From: Octopus vulgaris
Lineage: Eukaryota
Direction: 5' to 3'
DNA length: 64,000 nt
Assembly (NCBI GenBank): GCA_951406725.2
Contig: OX597817.1
Location: 133,176,001-133,240,000 of the forward strand
Shown: piece after piece, positions 14,340 through 28,220 of the stretch
How positions within the stretch are numbered: position 1 is the stretch's first letter
Layout of the letters: every line of letters starts with the position of its first letter
The notes under the pieces: generated by a model
Told to the model about the DNA's origin: nothing
What the model saw: only the letters and a program-made list of their open reading frames with translations
Database searches by the model: none
Made by a program: the position numbers and the translations under genes

Positions 14340-15064
14340 TTCTATAGTCAACAATAGTACAGGACATTTTATACTACGACGACGAGGTGCACAAAATCGG
14401 ATTTTACGGGAGGGCAGCAATCAGAAAACCACTACTTTCAAAAACAAAGGTTGCAAAGCGCTTAGAGAGGAATAAAAGTCGACAATATGCGTGTGGAGAC
14501 AGCCAAAAGAAGCATTTGACCCAGACTGCCTTCTTCCAACTGTTAAACACGGAGGAGGATCTGTGGGGGCTATATCTTGGAAATCCAGCGGCCCAATGGT
14601 TTCCCTTCATGGCAGAATAAATAATCAAGATTATTGAAGCATTTTATCTGATCAAATTCATCCTGTGATTGCGGAACTGTTTCCGGGGAGAAATGCGATC
14701 TTTCAGGATGATAATGCACCAATTTACACAGCTAAAGTTGTTACTGAATGGCACGAGGAACATTCTAGTGAAGCTGAACATCTTATCTAGCCACAACAGT
14801 CTCCAGATCTCAATATTATTGAACATTTCTGGTGCATTTTAGAAAAATAATTAAGGAGTCGATATCCTCCACCATCATCACTACAAGAACTGGAGACTGT
14901 TTTAGCTGAAGAATGGACAAAAATTCCTTTAGAAACAATTCAAACTGTGTATGAGTCCGTACCTCATAGAGTTCAAGCAGTGATTACTTCCAAAGCCGCT
15001 CCTACCCCATATTAAAGAAAATTTGTTTTCAATTTTAAGGTGTTTCCATTATTTTTTCCAACTC

Positions 15065-15067
<3 letters not shown>
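14340..15067 (+). mobile_element. Tc1-type (DD34E) transposase pseudogene fragment with right TIR
   Basis: HKIGFYGRAAIRKPLLS, IFQDDNAPIYTAKVVTEW, PQQSPDLNIIEHFW, LAEEWTKIP, RVQAVITSKAAPTPY*; ends ...ttccaactcctg followed by TA. Confidence 0.9.
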
Positions 15068-15106
<39 letters not shown>

Positions 15107-16001
15107 TTACACAGACACACATATATATACACTCACACACACACGTTATATGCATAATGCATACATACATATACATATATGTTTGTATGAGTGTGTATAA
15201 ATACATATGCATGCATCATGTATATATGTGTGGGTGGGCATGTGTGTGTGTCTGTCTGTCTGTCTGTGCGCGTTTTCATCTAAGCAGAGAGAATGAAAGA
15301 GCAAACCGCAGAGAGAACACTCTATCTTTCCTTCAATCTACTTCCTCGTCTATTGATCTGCTTCTACCCTATCCAAACTATTGATACGTTCATTAATCTA
15401 TACAAACGACCATTATATATATATACATCATTTCCTCCAGTCTTATCTTCCTCTTCTTTGTTGCTCTTCATATTTCCAGTTAAAACGATATTTCTACTCC
15501 ACTTTTAATGTCTGTTATGATCTCTGATGTCTTCTTTAACCATAATAAAACAAAAACCAAACAAACAAAAAAAAAAAACACGACAATTGCTCATATCTCG
15601 CCCGTACCATTTCCGTTCACTGAATCGCAAAGAAAGAACCAGCAAAGTAGTTTATCTTCCTCTCGGATGGTCCATTCTTTTAGAATATGCTGGTTGTCAT
15701 ATATGACATATTGCAGACGATTCCACTCTCTTCAAATAGAATGTTCCTTTGGGATAAGCTTCTGTTTTTGTTGCTCGAATCCAGTGAAATATGGCGCCAA
15801 CTTTGAAGGGAGAACTGTTTAATTTTATACAAGTAACGAAGTATACAGAATATCCTAGTAACCTACACACCGCTGAGAAAGTAAAAAAAAAAAAGTAAAT
15901 AGCTATTGATATTTAAAGAATGAAAATATCGGTTTAGTATCTGACTGACCGATATACACAAACATGCACACTCGCATGCAAGCATACACGTTCTATGATA
16001 T

Positions 16002-16080
<79 letters not shown>

Positions 16081-16135
16081 CATACTATAGTACCTCGGTT
16101 TTCGAACAACTCTGATCCCGAATAAATCGTACTTT

Positions 16136-16193
<58 letters not shown>

Positions 16194-16864
16194 GTGTGTG
16201 TATATGTCTATATATATATATGCGTATATATATATATACATGTATGTGCGCATATGTTTATATATATATACCTTCTTTTGTCTTGACATTACTATTAATA
16301 TATATATATATATGAATTGTATAAATGTTAATATATATAGAACATGTATGCTTGTATACAAAGAAATATGTAACTGCACTTATGTTTATATGTGCGTGTG
16401 TGTGTATATATACATATATATATATATTTATATATATGTATGTATGAATGTATATATGTATATATATGCATATATTTATATATATTTATATATATGTATA
16501 TATTTCTATATATAAGTATATGTTTCTATATATATGGTTATACATACATATATATATATATTTATGTCTGTGTGTGTGTGAATATATATATATATTTATA
16601 CATATATATATACATATGCATATATATATGTGTGTGTGTGTGTATGAATCTATGTATGTGTGTATGTGTATATATGTATTTATGCATCTATGTATGTGTG
16701 TGTATGGATGTGTATGAGTACACACGCATATACACATACATATTCTTGTCATACTGCCGCGAATTGTGGAACAAAACAATGTTAACGCCCCAGTAATTGT
16801 AAAAAAATGAAGTGAATAAATAAATATTACAGACGCATATATGTATCTAGTCTACATACATAAG

Positions 16865-16931
<67 letters not shown>

Positions 16932-17248
16932 GAATAGATAGATAGATAGATAGAGAGAGAGAGGGAGAGTGAAAGAAAGAGGAAGAGAGAGATATTAATA
17001 CACGTATGTTGTCGCTTAGACATGGTAAAAACATTAACTGTATTAAAACCAAAATGTGATACAGTGTAAAATATTCGCCATAAAGTTGATAGTGACTTCG
17101 AAGATACAGCAAAGCTGACTTTTCAAAAGAGCCAGATTTAAGGAAACTTTTCAGTAACTGTCGTTTCTCTGAAGTATATACTTACAAATCAGAAACAATT
17201 AATTACATAAGAATACATATGTAACCACCTATTTTTAAATTTGCAACA

Positions 17249-17281
<33 letters not shown>

Positions 17282-17302
17282 TGTATATTTGTATATATAT
17301 AT

Positions 17303-18274
17303 ATAGGAATAAAAATTTATATATAAAGAAACAAGAACGTGAAATACACAAAGGGACGAACACAAAAAACAGACAGGTCATTCGAAGCCTTTAATCTTCA
17401 GTCAGAAACCGGATCATCATAGCAAATTTCGGCTGATTAATTCTGATATTTGCTCCAACGCGGCCAGCCCCAAGGAAAAAACTAAGCTGTGAGCATTAGA
17501 TTTCTTGGAAAAAGGAACGAATGTAAACGCAACAGAGACGAATATAAATACAAAAAAAAAACGAAAACAAAAAGAAAAACAAGAATGGTTAATGACAGGA
17601 TAACAGCAGGTGTCTTACGACTTTAGACAAAATGAAATAAAAATAACTTATCTAGCAGGCGTGGAAACAATTGCCTTTTCGGCAGAGGGGGAACGATGTT
17701 GAGCGGGCCGCGATCACCAACGGAATGGCTTGTTAAGCAGCCGGTCGCAAGAGGGTAGAGAGAGAGAGAAAGAGAGACAGAGAGAGAAGGAATTAAAGAG
17801 GGTGGAAGAAAGAGGACAGAAGCAATGACCAGGTCACGTGAGAATAAGAGAGAGAGAGAGAGAGAAGAGAAGGAATTAAAGAGGATGGAAGGAAGAGGGG
17901 GAAGAGACAGAGGGCGCCAAAATAGCTTAGCAAAGAAGCGATGGCGCATAGGGAATGCGCGAAAGAGAAAGACAGAAGTGAGGTATTGAGAAAGTATTTA
18001 GAAGTCGTACAAGGGGTAAAATGTAACATACATAAGGAAAGGTGGTGTACGTACGCCGCAATAATATAGGAATAACAATTTATATATAAAGAAACAAGAA
18101 CGTGAAATACACAAAGCGACGAACACAGAAAACAGACAGGTCATTCGAAGCCTTTAATCTTCAGTCAGAAACCGGATCATCATAGCAAATTTCGGCTAAT
18201 TAAGTCTGATATTTGCTCCAACGCGGCCAGCCCCAAGGAAAAACTAAGTTGTGAGCATTAGATCTCTTGGAAAA
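17303..18274 (-). repeat. ~760-bp unit bounded by ~210-bp direct repeats (probable Penelope-type pseudo-LTRs)
   Basis: 17303-17512 and 18064-18274 are near-identical (ataggaataa...gagcattagat.tcttggaaaa); embedded in (TA)n next to a Penelope ORF. Confidence 0.7.
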
Positions 18275-18404
18275 TATATAGATACATATATATGCACATA
18301 TACATGCATATATATACATATATATATATATATACATATACATAGATATATACAAATGTATTTACATATATATATACATATACATGCATATATATATACG
18401 TATA

Positions 18405-19615
18405 TAAGACATACCGACAGATAAAGGGCACGGCTATGGGTACAAAATTCGCACCTTCATATGCCAACCTGATGATGGGTTTCCTGGAGAACAAACTATA
18501 CGATGAAATAGGGAATGTCTTCGAACACGACTTCAGAGAAGACACCAAGAAAAAGTGGAAACGCTACCTCGATGACTGCTTCATTTTTTGGAACATATCA
18601 GAAGAAGACCTACGAACATTCCACAACATCCTCATCACGCTGCACCCATCTATGAACTTCACAATAGATTTCAGCCACAACGAACTTCCCTTCCTAGACA
18701 TCAACATCAAAATACACAACTCCATCATCACAACAGACTACAAAAAAACCGACACAGACCAATATTTAAATTTCCACTCCTGCCACCCATCCCACACAAA
18801 AAGAAACATCTCATATAGTATGACAAGACGAATATGTAGCATAGTAACTGACTCACAAACACGACTAATAAGACTAGATGAACTTAAAAACTTCCTACAA
18901 GAACAAAAATACCCCCTTAAACTAATAGAAAATTGAATCATAAGAGCAATGAAACTAGACATCGCACAACTCAGGACACCCAAAACAAAAGAAAAACAAA
19001 GAAAACGTTATCCTTTTCATAAACACGCACAACCCTGGAGTTACGAACATGTTCCAAATCATACATTCAAACCTGCCAATAGCCTTACAAAGCTCCAAAA
19101 TGGAAAACATACTAAACAAATATTGCATAAAAAACAGTAGACGACAAGACAAAAACCTAAAGAAACATCTAACAAGAGCGAAATTCTCATCAGAAACTAA
19201 AACTGAATTCTTTGCAAAAGAGTGCGGAGGTGGTAGATGTGCAATCTGAAGCAACCCCACCTACAAATACATAGATGGAGACAAAGAAATGAAATTTAAA
19301 AGTGGTCACGTATTTAAAGTAAATGCAGATATGAACTGCAAGACGTAGAACGTAATATACTGCATAACCTGCCCCACGTGCAAGGAGGATTACATAGGTG
19401 AAACTGGAAATTCTTTGTGCCAACGAACCAGGATTCACCGACATGTTCGACAGGAAGAACTGCGCAAGATACCACTGAGTACATACCTAGCTACACGTGA
19501 AGAAGGAAAATTTAAGATATTTCCCTTCTACAAATGTCCAAAGAACGACACCTCTTTCAGGAGGAATATGGAAAAATATTTCATAACTAAGTTCTCCCCT
19601 AAATTGAATGGCTGA
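18405..19615 (+). mobile_element. Penelope-like element, 5'-truncated RT plus GIY-YIG endonuclease pseudogene (possibly Neptune-type)
   Basis: YRQIKGTAMGTKFAPSYANL, WKRYLDDCFIFW, LPFLD, TDQYLNFHSCHPSHTKRNI, Cys linker ECGGGRCAI, NVIYCITCPTCKEDYIGETG; several stops and frameshifts. Confidence 0.93.
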
Positions 19616-20037
19616 AAATATCTCTATAAGCTGTACCAGATGAAGGACCAAATTTGCTAAGTAAACTGCATTAAACATGCGCGCGCGCGCCCACACACAC
19701 ACAGAGTTTTACACATATGTTTTGGTTTTTGAAAATACAACATTGAACAAAGGCTATCCTAATATTTGAATGAAACCATTTCACTTTAATTTGTGGAACC
19801 AGTTGCTCCTGTATGATAAAACTTAATATTTATTTAATCAGTGAGATATTAGACTAAATCAATTGAAGATCATACAACAGACTCAGTAGTTGTCAGTTTG
19901 TATTCTGTCATTTGTAACTTCAACACAAGAGAGTCTCTTTTTCAAGTATGGACTTTATGAAATTTTACTCATCATACATTGAGAGACAAATCTTTCAATT
20001 TACAATTTAATATAGTGGAGCATTTAGTATATATATG

Positions 20038-20102
<65 letters not shown>

Positions 20103-20461
20103 ATTATATACATTATATTATTTTTGTAATTTACTTAATATTTACTTTTTAGTTGTTATTTTAATTTTAACTTTTCTATGATATGTAATTTTCTAGATGG
20201 TGTAATTTAATTATTCAATTTGAATTGATAAAAGGTGGGTTTTTTTCTAATATTTTATATATATGTATGTATGTATATATATATAGTGGTATAAATATCA
20301 ACAGAATTATTTCTCCTTCCTCTTTTTTATCCTCTTCTCCTTTCTTCCCTTCTCCAAACTCACAGACACCCACACACACACACACACACCTCCACAAAAC
20401 AATCGTAAAAAGAATTCTTCTTCTCTAAACCCAAAAAACCATTTGACCATCCCTCATTAAA

Positions 20462-20501
<40 letters not shown>

Positions 20502-20998
20502 ATGATAAAAAGAAATATAATTGATGGTCTACCTCCCCGCCACCACACAATCAATAACACTATGAAATGGTCAAAACTGAAATTCTTTTTTCCGCAAGAT
20601 CTTAGACCCCTCCCCCTTGGAGTAAGCATGCTGTCCAGCAGAACAAAAAAATTCTTTTCTTCTTCCCTCTCCCTTCCCCTCTTTTTCTTTAGCACTCATT
20701 CCATTACAAAAGCACACACACACGCACGCACACACACACACACACATGCTCTCTCTCTCACTTTCTCGTCATCCATCACCCTCTTGTACCGTCTTATATT
20801 CCTCCCCACCACTACAAACTCAATACCACTATAAAATGGTCAAAACCTTTCACACAGGAACTTAGTTTGATTTGAAAACCCCACTAGAATGGGAGAAAGC
20901 GCTAATACATGATCTAAGTTATATGATGTATAAAAAATGTAATATTCAAATAAATATATGTAAATATAAACCATTCGATTTTCTGAGTACCTCATTTC

Positions 20999-21220
<222 letters not shown>

Positions 21221-21237
21221 TATATGTATATATATAT

Positions 21238-23501
21238 TGTTTGGCATCCTTTCTGTCTCGGGAGACAATGGAGTTGCGCATTTTTTTTTTTTTTTTCCTA
21301 GGTCTAGTCCGGCTGTTATATTTTATTTCCTGTTACATTTCTTGCTGTGGCTGTGTAGTCCTATCCTGGACAAACACTCCCTCTGGCAGGTACTGCAAAT
21401 GTAGCGAAGACTGTTCCTGGCTGGTTGTAGTCCCATGGTCTCTTGTTTATGTCTCTTCCTTTCTTTCCATTTCTCCTCTCTCTTTCTGTCACTCCTCTGT
21501 ATACCCTCTTTTACTGTACGTCGCCATTCTCCACGGTTGCCGGCGACTGCCTCCCAACCGCTAATGTTGATGTTGCAGGCCTTCATATCCCTTTTGCAAA
21601 CATCCTTGTAACGTAAGATCGGTCTACCCACAGACCTAGTACCCCTAGCAAGCTCTCCGTAGAGTATGTCCTTGGGGATTCTGCCATCTTTCATACGGCT
21701 AACATGCCCAAGCCATCTCATACGTCTTTGTGTGAGGAGTGCAAACATGCTTGGTATTCCTGCTTGCCTGAGGACATCTTTGTTGGGGATATGATTCTGC
21801 CATTTGATGTGGAGGATTTTTCGGAGGCAGCGCAGGTGAAAGATGTTTAGGCGACGCTCTTGGCGTGTGTATAGCGTCCAGGTCTCGCTTCCATACAGTA
21901 GAGTGCTGAGTACACATGCCTGGTAGATCTTCATTTTTGTGGTCTTGGTCAGCTTATTGTTGTCCCAGGCCCGTTTGGAGAGTTGGGCCATCGCAGCAGC
22001 TGCTTTGCCAATGCGTATATTGAGCTCAGCGTCAAGGGATAGGTTGTAGGTGACGGTAGAGCCCAGATAGGTAAACTTCTCCACCTCTTGTAATCTGTGG
22101 TCTCCAATATGTATGTTTGGGATGTCCGATGTAGCCTGGCCCATGATGTTGGTCTTCTTAAGGCTGATAGCTAAGCCAAAGTCGTTACATGCTTGCTCAA
22201 AACAGTTAATGAGCCTTTGGAGGGCTTCTTCTGTGTGTGTTACCAGAGCGGCATCATCAGCAAATAACATCTCCTTGATCAGGACGTTTCTGATTTTGGT
22301 CTTGGCACGCAGGCGCGAGAGATTGAACAGTTTCCCGTCACTTCTACTGTGCAGAAACACTCCATCATCTGATGTCTGAAAGGCATGTGACAGCAAGAGT
22401 GAGAAGAAGATGCTAAACAATGTAGGAGCGAGGACACAGCCTTGCTTTACCCCGTTTTTTATTTGGAAGGCGGCTGATGTTGAACCGTTGTGCTGTATGG
22501 TGCCTTGCATGTCATCATGGAAAGACTTGATGATCCTCAGCAGCTTTGGTGGACATCCGATTTTTTGGAGCAGGAGAAAGAGGCCTGTTCTGCTTACCGA
22601 GTCAAAAGCCTTTGTTAGATCAATGAAGGCCATATATAATGGCATTTTCTGCTCTCTGGACTTCTCCTGAAGTTGGCGTATGGAGAATATCATATCGATA
22701 GTTGACCTGCTTCTTCTAAAGCCACACTGCGATTCCGGATAGATTCGAGAAGCAAGTAGTTGTAGCCTGGCCAGGATAACGCGGGCAAAGGTCTTTCCAA
22801 CAGTGCTTAGAAGGGATATACCACGGTAATTGTTACAATCACCACGGTCACCTTTGTTTTTGTAGAGCGTAATGATGTTGGCATCCCGCATATCCTGAGG
22901 GACTGTACCCTCTTCCCAGCACTGACACAGAAGCTCATGAAGGTGCCGAAGCAGGATGGTGTTTTTGCCGGCTTTGATGATCTCTGAGGGGATGCCGTCT
23001 TTTCCCGGAGCCTTATTTCTTGCTAGGGAGTCAACAGCTTTGGTGAGCTCTGCTATAGATGGCGGACTGTCAAGTTCGCACATGACTGGCAAGATCTTGA
23101 CACTCTCGACTGCAGCCTCAGCCACTGTGGTCTCCCGCGAGTAGAGATCCTGGTAGTGCTCCGCCCATCTATCCATTTGCTTGCCTTGATCCCTGATGAG
23201 ATCTCCAGTAGTTGATTTCAGAGGGGCTGGCTTGGTTGCGGATGGACCGAGGGCCTTCTTCAAACCAGCATACATCCCACGGGTGTCGCCCCTGTCAGCA
23301 GCTGACTGGATACTCTGACAGATTTCCTGCCAATACCTATTTGCACAGCATCTGGCTGTCAGTTGGGTTTTATTTCGTGCCTTTCTGAGTTCTTCGAGTG
23401 ACTTTGTAGAAGAGTCACTCTTGTATTGCACCAGAGCTGCACGCTTTGCTTCGATAACTGGCTCCAGCTCTGAGAGCCCAGCATTGAACCAATCTGGGTT
23501 C
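21238..23501 (-). mobile_element. RTE-clade (BovB-like) LINE, 5'-truncated, inserted in (TA)n
   Basis: Long RT ORF plus short 3' UTR ending gcgcaactccattgtctcccgagacagaaaggatgccaaac; sharp GC rise relative to flanks; (TA)n on both sides. Confidence 0.95.
21323..23501 (-). CDS. RTE-type reverse transcriptase ORF (endonuclease lost by 5' truncation) with C-terminal C2H2-like finger; no true start codon
   Basis: [95 protein letters not shown]; no internal stops. Confidence 0.93.
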
Positions 23502-23528
23502 AATATATATATATATATATATATATAT

Positions 23529-23715
23529 AGTTCAAATTTATAGAAAAACAAAGATGAAGATAGGTGTAGGAACAAAAAGCATGTGTGTTAGTAGTTTGAC
23601 GCTCAGGAAAAATTGAAACGTCTTTTACGTTTCGAGCCTACGCTCTTCAACAGAAAGGAATAAGGGGAAATAACAGAGAGAGAATGAAAAAATGTGTAGA
23701 GTTCAGTGGTCCAAC
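23529..23715 (-). mobile_element. Penelope-type pseudo-LTR remnant with variant minimal hammerhead (23622-23657)
   Basis: Minus strand CUUU-CUGUUGA-A-GAGC-GUAG-GCUC-GAAA-CG-UA-AAAG; a decayed plus-strand copy lies at ~7170-7295. Confidence 0.55.
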
Positions 23716-24295
23716 ACATCTGTACGTGTTTGAGTGGATTTGTATGTGTGTATATATATTTGTGTATGTGTGTGTGTGTCTGTATGCATACCCATATTTT
23801 ATATCATTATTTTATATTTTACTTGTTTCAGTCAATGGACTTTGGCCATGCTGGAGCAAAGCCTAGAATAATTTTCAATCGAACGAATCGACCCCAGTCT
23901 TTATTTTTTGAAGCGTGGTACTTATTCTATCGATATAGTTTGTATGAACCGCTAAGTAGCGCGGACGTTCACCGATTCTTAGCACACAACTATGCGTGCC
24001 TATATATCTATCTTATATACATGGCCGCGCACGCACACACGCGCACACACATATACACACATTATAATTTAGAACAAACTGTAAAAGGTTGTCATTGTAT
24101 TACTTGGAGTTTCAAATGGCGGAGAGAAGAGCTACGAGGCATTCTCATCGTCTGTTGATGGCCACTGTTGAATAAAAGAGAAGTAACTCTTATAGGTAAC
24201 TCCGAGTACTATAAAGACAAACTTTTAAGGTTTTGTCTAAATTATAACATATATAAATAATCCTCTATTTCTCTAATATCGAGATTTCATTCTTT

Positions 24296-24303
24296 TGCTA
24301 TTA

Positions 24304-24371
<68 letters not shown>

Positions 24372-24639
24372 ATCATCATCATCATCATCATCATCACTAT
24401 TATTATTATTATTATTATTATCATCATCATTATTATTATTATTATTATTAACATTATTATTATTATTAATATTATTATTATTATTAATATTAATATTATT
24501 ATTATTATTATTATTATTATCATTATTAATATTATTATTATTATTATTATTATAATTATTATTAATGTTATTATTACTATTATTATTATTATTATTATTA
24601 TTAATATTATTATCAGTATTATTATTATTATTATTATTG

Positions 24640-24678
<39 letters not shown>

Positions 24679-24772
24679 TTACTACTATTATTATTATTAT
24701 CATTATTATTATTATCATTATTATTATTATTGATATTATTATTATTAATATTATTTTTATTATTATTATTAA

Positions 24773-24824
<52 letters not shown>

Positions 24825-24846
24825 ATCATCATCATCATCATCACTC

Positions 24847-24887
<41 letters not shown>

Positions 24888-24979
24888 ATTATTATTATTA
24901 TTAATATTATTATTATTATTAATATTAATATTATTATTATTATTATTAATATTAATATTATTATTATTATTATTATTAA

Positions 24980-25024
<45 letters not shown>

Positions 25025-25065
25025 TATCATTACTATTATTATTATTATTATTATAAATATTATTA

Positions 25066-25102
<37 letters not shown>

Positions 25103-25152
25103 CATTATTATTATTATTAATATTATTATTATTATTATTATTCTTACTACTA

Positions 25153-25195
<43 letters not shown>

Positions 25196-25373
25196 CATTA
25201 TTATTATTATTAATATTATTATTATTAATGTTATTTTTATTATTATTATTAATATTATTATTATTATTATCATTATTATTATTATTAATATTATTGTTAT
25301 CACCATCATCATTTTCATTATTATTATTATTATTATTATTAATATTATTATTATTATTATATTATTATTATTA

Positions 25374-25414
<41 letters not shown>

Positions 25415-25466
25415 TATAATTATTATTATTATTATTATTATTATAATTATAATTATTATTATTATT

Positions 25467-25502
<36 letters not shown>

Positions 25503-25503
25503 T

Positions 25504-25539
<36 letters not shown>

Positions 25540-25542
25540 TCA

Positions 25543-25619
<77 letters not shown>
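24296..25619. repeat. 1.3-kb (ATT)n microsatellite with internal duplication
   Basis: Directly visible; interruptions repeat in the same order. Confidence 0.95.
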
Positions 25620-25622
<3 letters not shown>

Positions 25623-26176
25623 TGAGAGAGCAGTACATGCCATCATAGTGTCACTGGGGTAAAATATACGAAGCCCAGTATATCCATCATGACTACACGT
25701 CTTATAAGGGTACACCAGGCACATGCATCACAACCATATGTGCGCGCAACATAGTGATCTCATATCAAGATAAACAGCGCATGACCTTGCAGGTGGGGCC
25801 CAGTTTGAATTTTCTTCAGGTCGAGTAGGCCATCCCGCTCAAAAGTTCCCTGAATAAGGGTTGTTTAAGGATGTTGAACAAACCACCAATGTTTCCAGGG
25901 GTAAATTATTCAAACCCCTAAGAATTCCACTCAACATATGGCTATGATGCTCCCCCACTACTTCAGCTCATGATCAGAGATGCACATATCGTCAGCCACT
26001 AAGGGACATGCTCAACTGGTTAAGGTCAAACAACTGACAAGCAAATCTGTGGTATTGAGCAGATATTTGCTGTATCCCATCTTTTATACCAAGACAAAAC
26101 AATGTACATGATAACACTTACAACCAGTTAAGATCAGAAGCCACGAGAACCAATGTCTGGTACTGCATCAGGGCAT
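25617..26176 (-). mobile_element. Family D repeat, full length, (ATT)n on both sides
   Basis: Reverse complement of 42156-42712. Confidence 0.85.
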
Positions 26177-26191
26177 TTACTATTATTATTA

Positions 26192-26249
<58 letters not shown>

Positions 26250-26329
26250 GATTATTATTATTATTATTATTAGTAGTAGTAGTATTATTATTATTATTAC
26301 TATTATTATTATACACACACATAAACCGG

Positions 26330-26645
26330 CGCTTTGTTGGTTACGATGACGACAGTTCCAGATGATCCGATAAATGGAATTGCCTGCCAGTGAAATTAGT
26401 GTACAAGTGACTGAGCATTCCACAGACACATTTACCATTAAAGTAGTTCCCTGGAAACTTCAGTGTGGCACAGAGTGTGACAAGGCTGGCCCTTTTCAAA
26501 TACAGATACAGCTAATTTTTGCCAGCTGAGTGGATGGAGCATCGTGAAATAAAGTATCTTGCTTAAGGGCACAACGTGCCGCCACGAATTGAACTCACAA
26601 ACATACGATCGTGGACAGCATACGCTAATCACTAAGCCACGCGCA
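26330..26645 (-). mobile_element. SINE related to family C
   Basis: ggttacgatgacgacagttccagatgatccgataaatggaa...gtgactgagcattccacagacac shared with 2240-2400; tRNA-like head on the minus strand at ~26590-26645. Confidence 0.65.
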
Positions 26646-26654
26646 TTCAGAAAC

Positions 26655-26664
<10 letters not shown>

Positions 26665-26733
<69 letters not shown>

Positions 26734-26838
26734 CGTGCGTGTGTGTGTGTGTGTGTGTGTGCGTGCGTGTGTGTGTGTGTATGTGTATGTATGTATGTAT
26801 GTATGTACGTATGTATGTATAAATAGACATATAAATAC

Positions 26839-26896
<58 letters not shown>

Positions 26897-26965
26897 TGAT
26901 AGATAGATGGATTGATGGATGGATGGATGGATGGGTGGATGGATGGATCGATGGATCGATGGATC

Positions 26966-27032
<67 letters not shown>
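26665..27032. repeat. (TG)n/(TAGA)n/(GATG)n microsatellites
   Basis: Directly visible. Confidence 0.95.
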
Positions 27033-28080
27033 TGTGTCTTCTCTGAGGAGCAGTTAACATACATGAGCGGGCCGTAATGAGACTTTAATTTTCTCTGTTC
27101 ATAAAAGCACGGAAGTTTTGCACGTATATTTTTTATTTACATTTCTCACATAATCAACTATGTTTGAATTTATATATACATATACATTATACACAAACAC
27201 ACGCGCGCGCGCTCACAAACAGACATACACAATCGCGTGTGCACACACAGACAGACATATATATACTCACATACAGAAATAGATGGATATCTGTTTTCCA
27301 TTAAATACACACCCATGATCAAATTTTGTCTTTAATTTTTCATATTTTGTTTTAGCTTCTTACAGTTGCTTTGGACGAATAGAGTTCCAAAATCCATATC
27401 CGATATTTCTAGACCGTCACAGACATATTATCAGGAATTGACTTGAATATAATTGGCGTTTTTGTTGTTTCTTAAATTCTGATTGAATTTCTGTAGACTT
27501 TCCCACTAAATGCTTATTGACCGTGAGCATTATGCCTCAACAGTCATGCATTAATTTGCTGGTCGCGATCAAATTTTGACTGCTTTTTTTTTCTCAGTAC
27601 CCATGGATTAATTTTTAGATATATGTGTTGACGTGTTAATTGTGGTATTTTATTGTGGCCCGAGTATGGTTTCTCATAATTATTCTTCTATGGAATTTTA
27701 TAAAGTATATATGTATTTTCTAAATTAATGTCGTTTTGGGGCGTGTGGTGTAATGTTGTGCAAATGCCAGCTTACTGCAGAACACTTTTTTTACTCTGTC
27801 ATTTTGCATTCTTTAACAGACATGGGAAATAAATAGCAATCACTGCAAAAAATGAAAACAATGGTGGAGCCAGTGCATTAGAGAAAGAAAAGATAAAGGT
27901 AAATTGTAAGGTGATAGGAACACCTTCGTGACGACATTCCAATGAATCCTTCAAGAGCCTCCCTATATATATATAGTTCATAGAGAGAATCATCTCTTAG
28001 AATAGAATACACTTAGTAGTGCTCAAGAATTTATAGCTTGAGCGGGTAGAGGAATATATATAATGATGATAATAATAATG

Positions 28081-28162
<82 letters not shown>

Positions 28163-28186
28163 TAATAATAATAATAATAATAATAG

Positions 28187-28220
<34 letters not shown>

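Noticed and set aside
23502-23575. N-terminus MFLHLSSS...YIYIYIL of the 750-aa ORF
   Set aside because: Read-through across (TA)n and flanking DNA; RTE homology begins at ~23501
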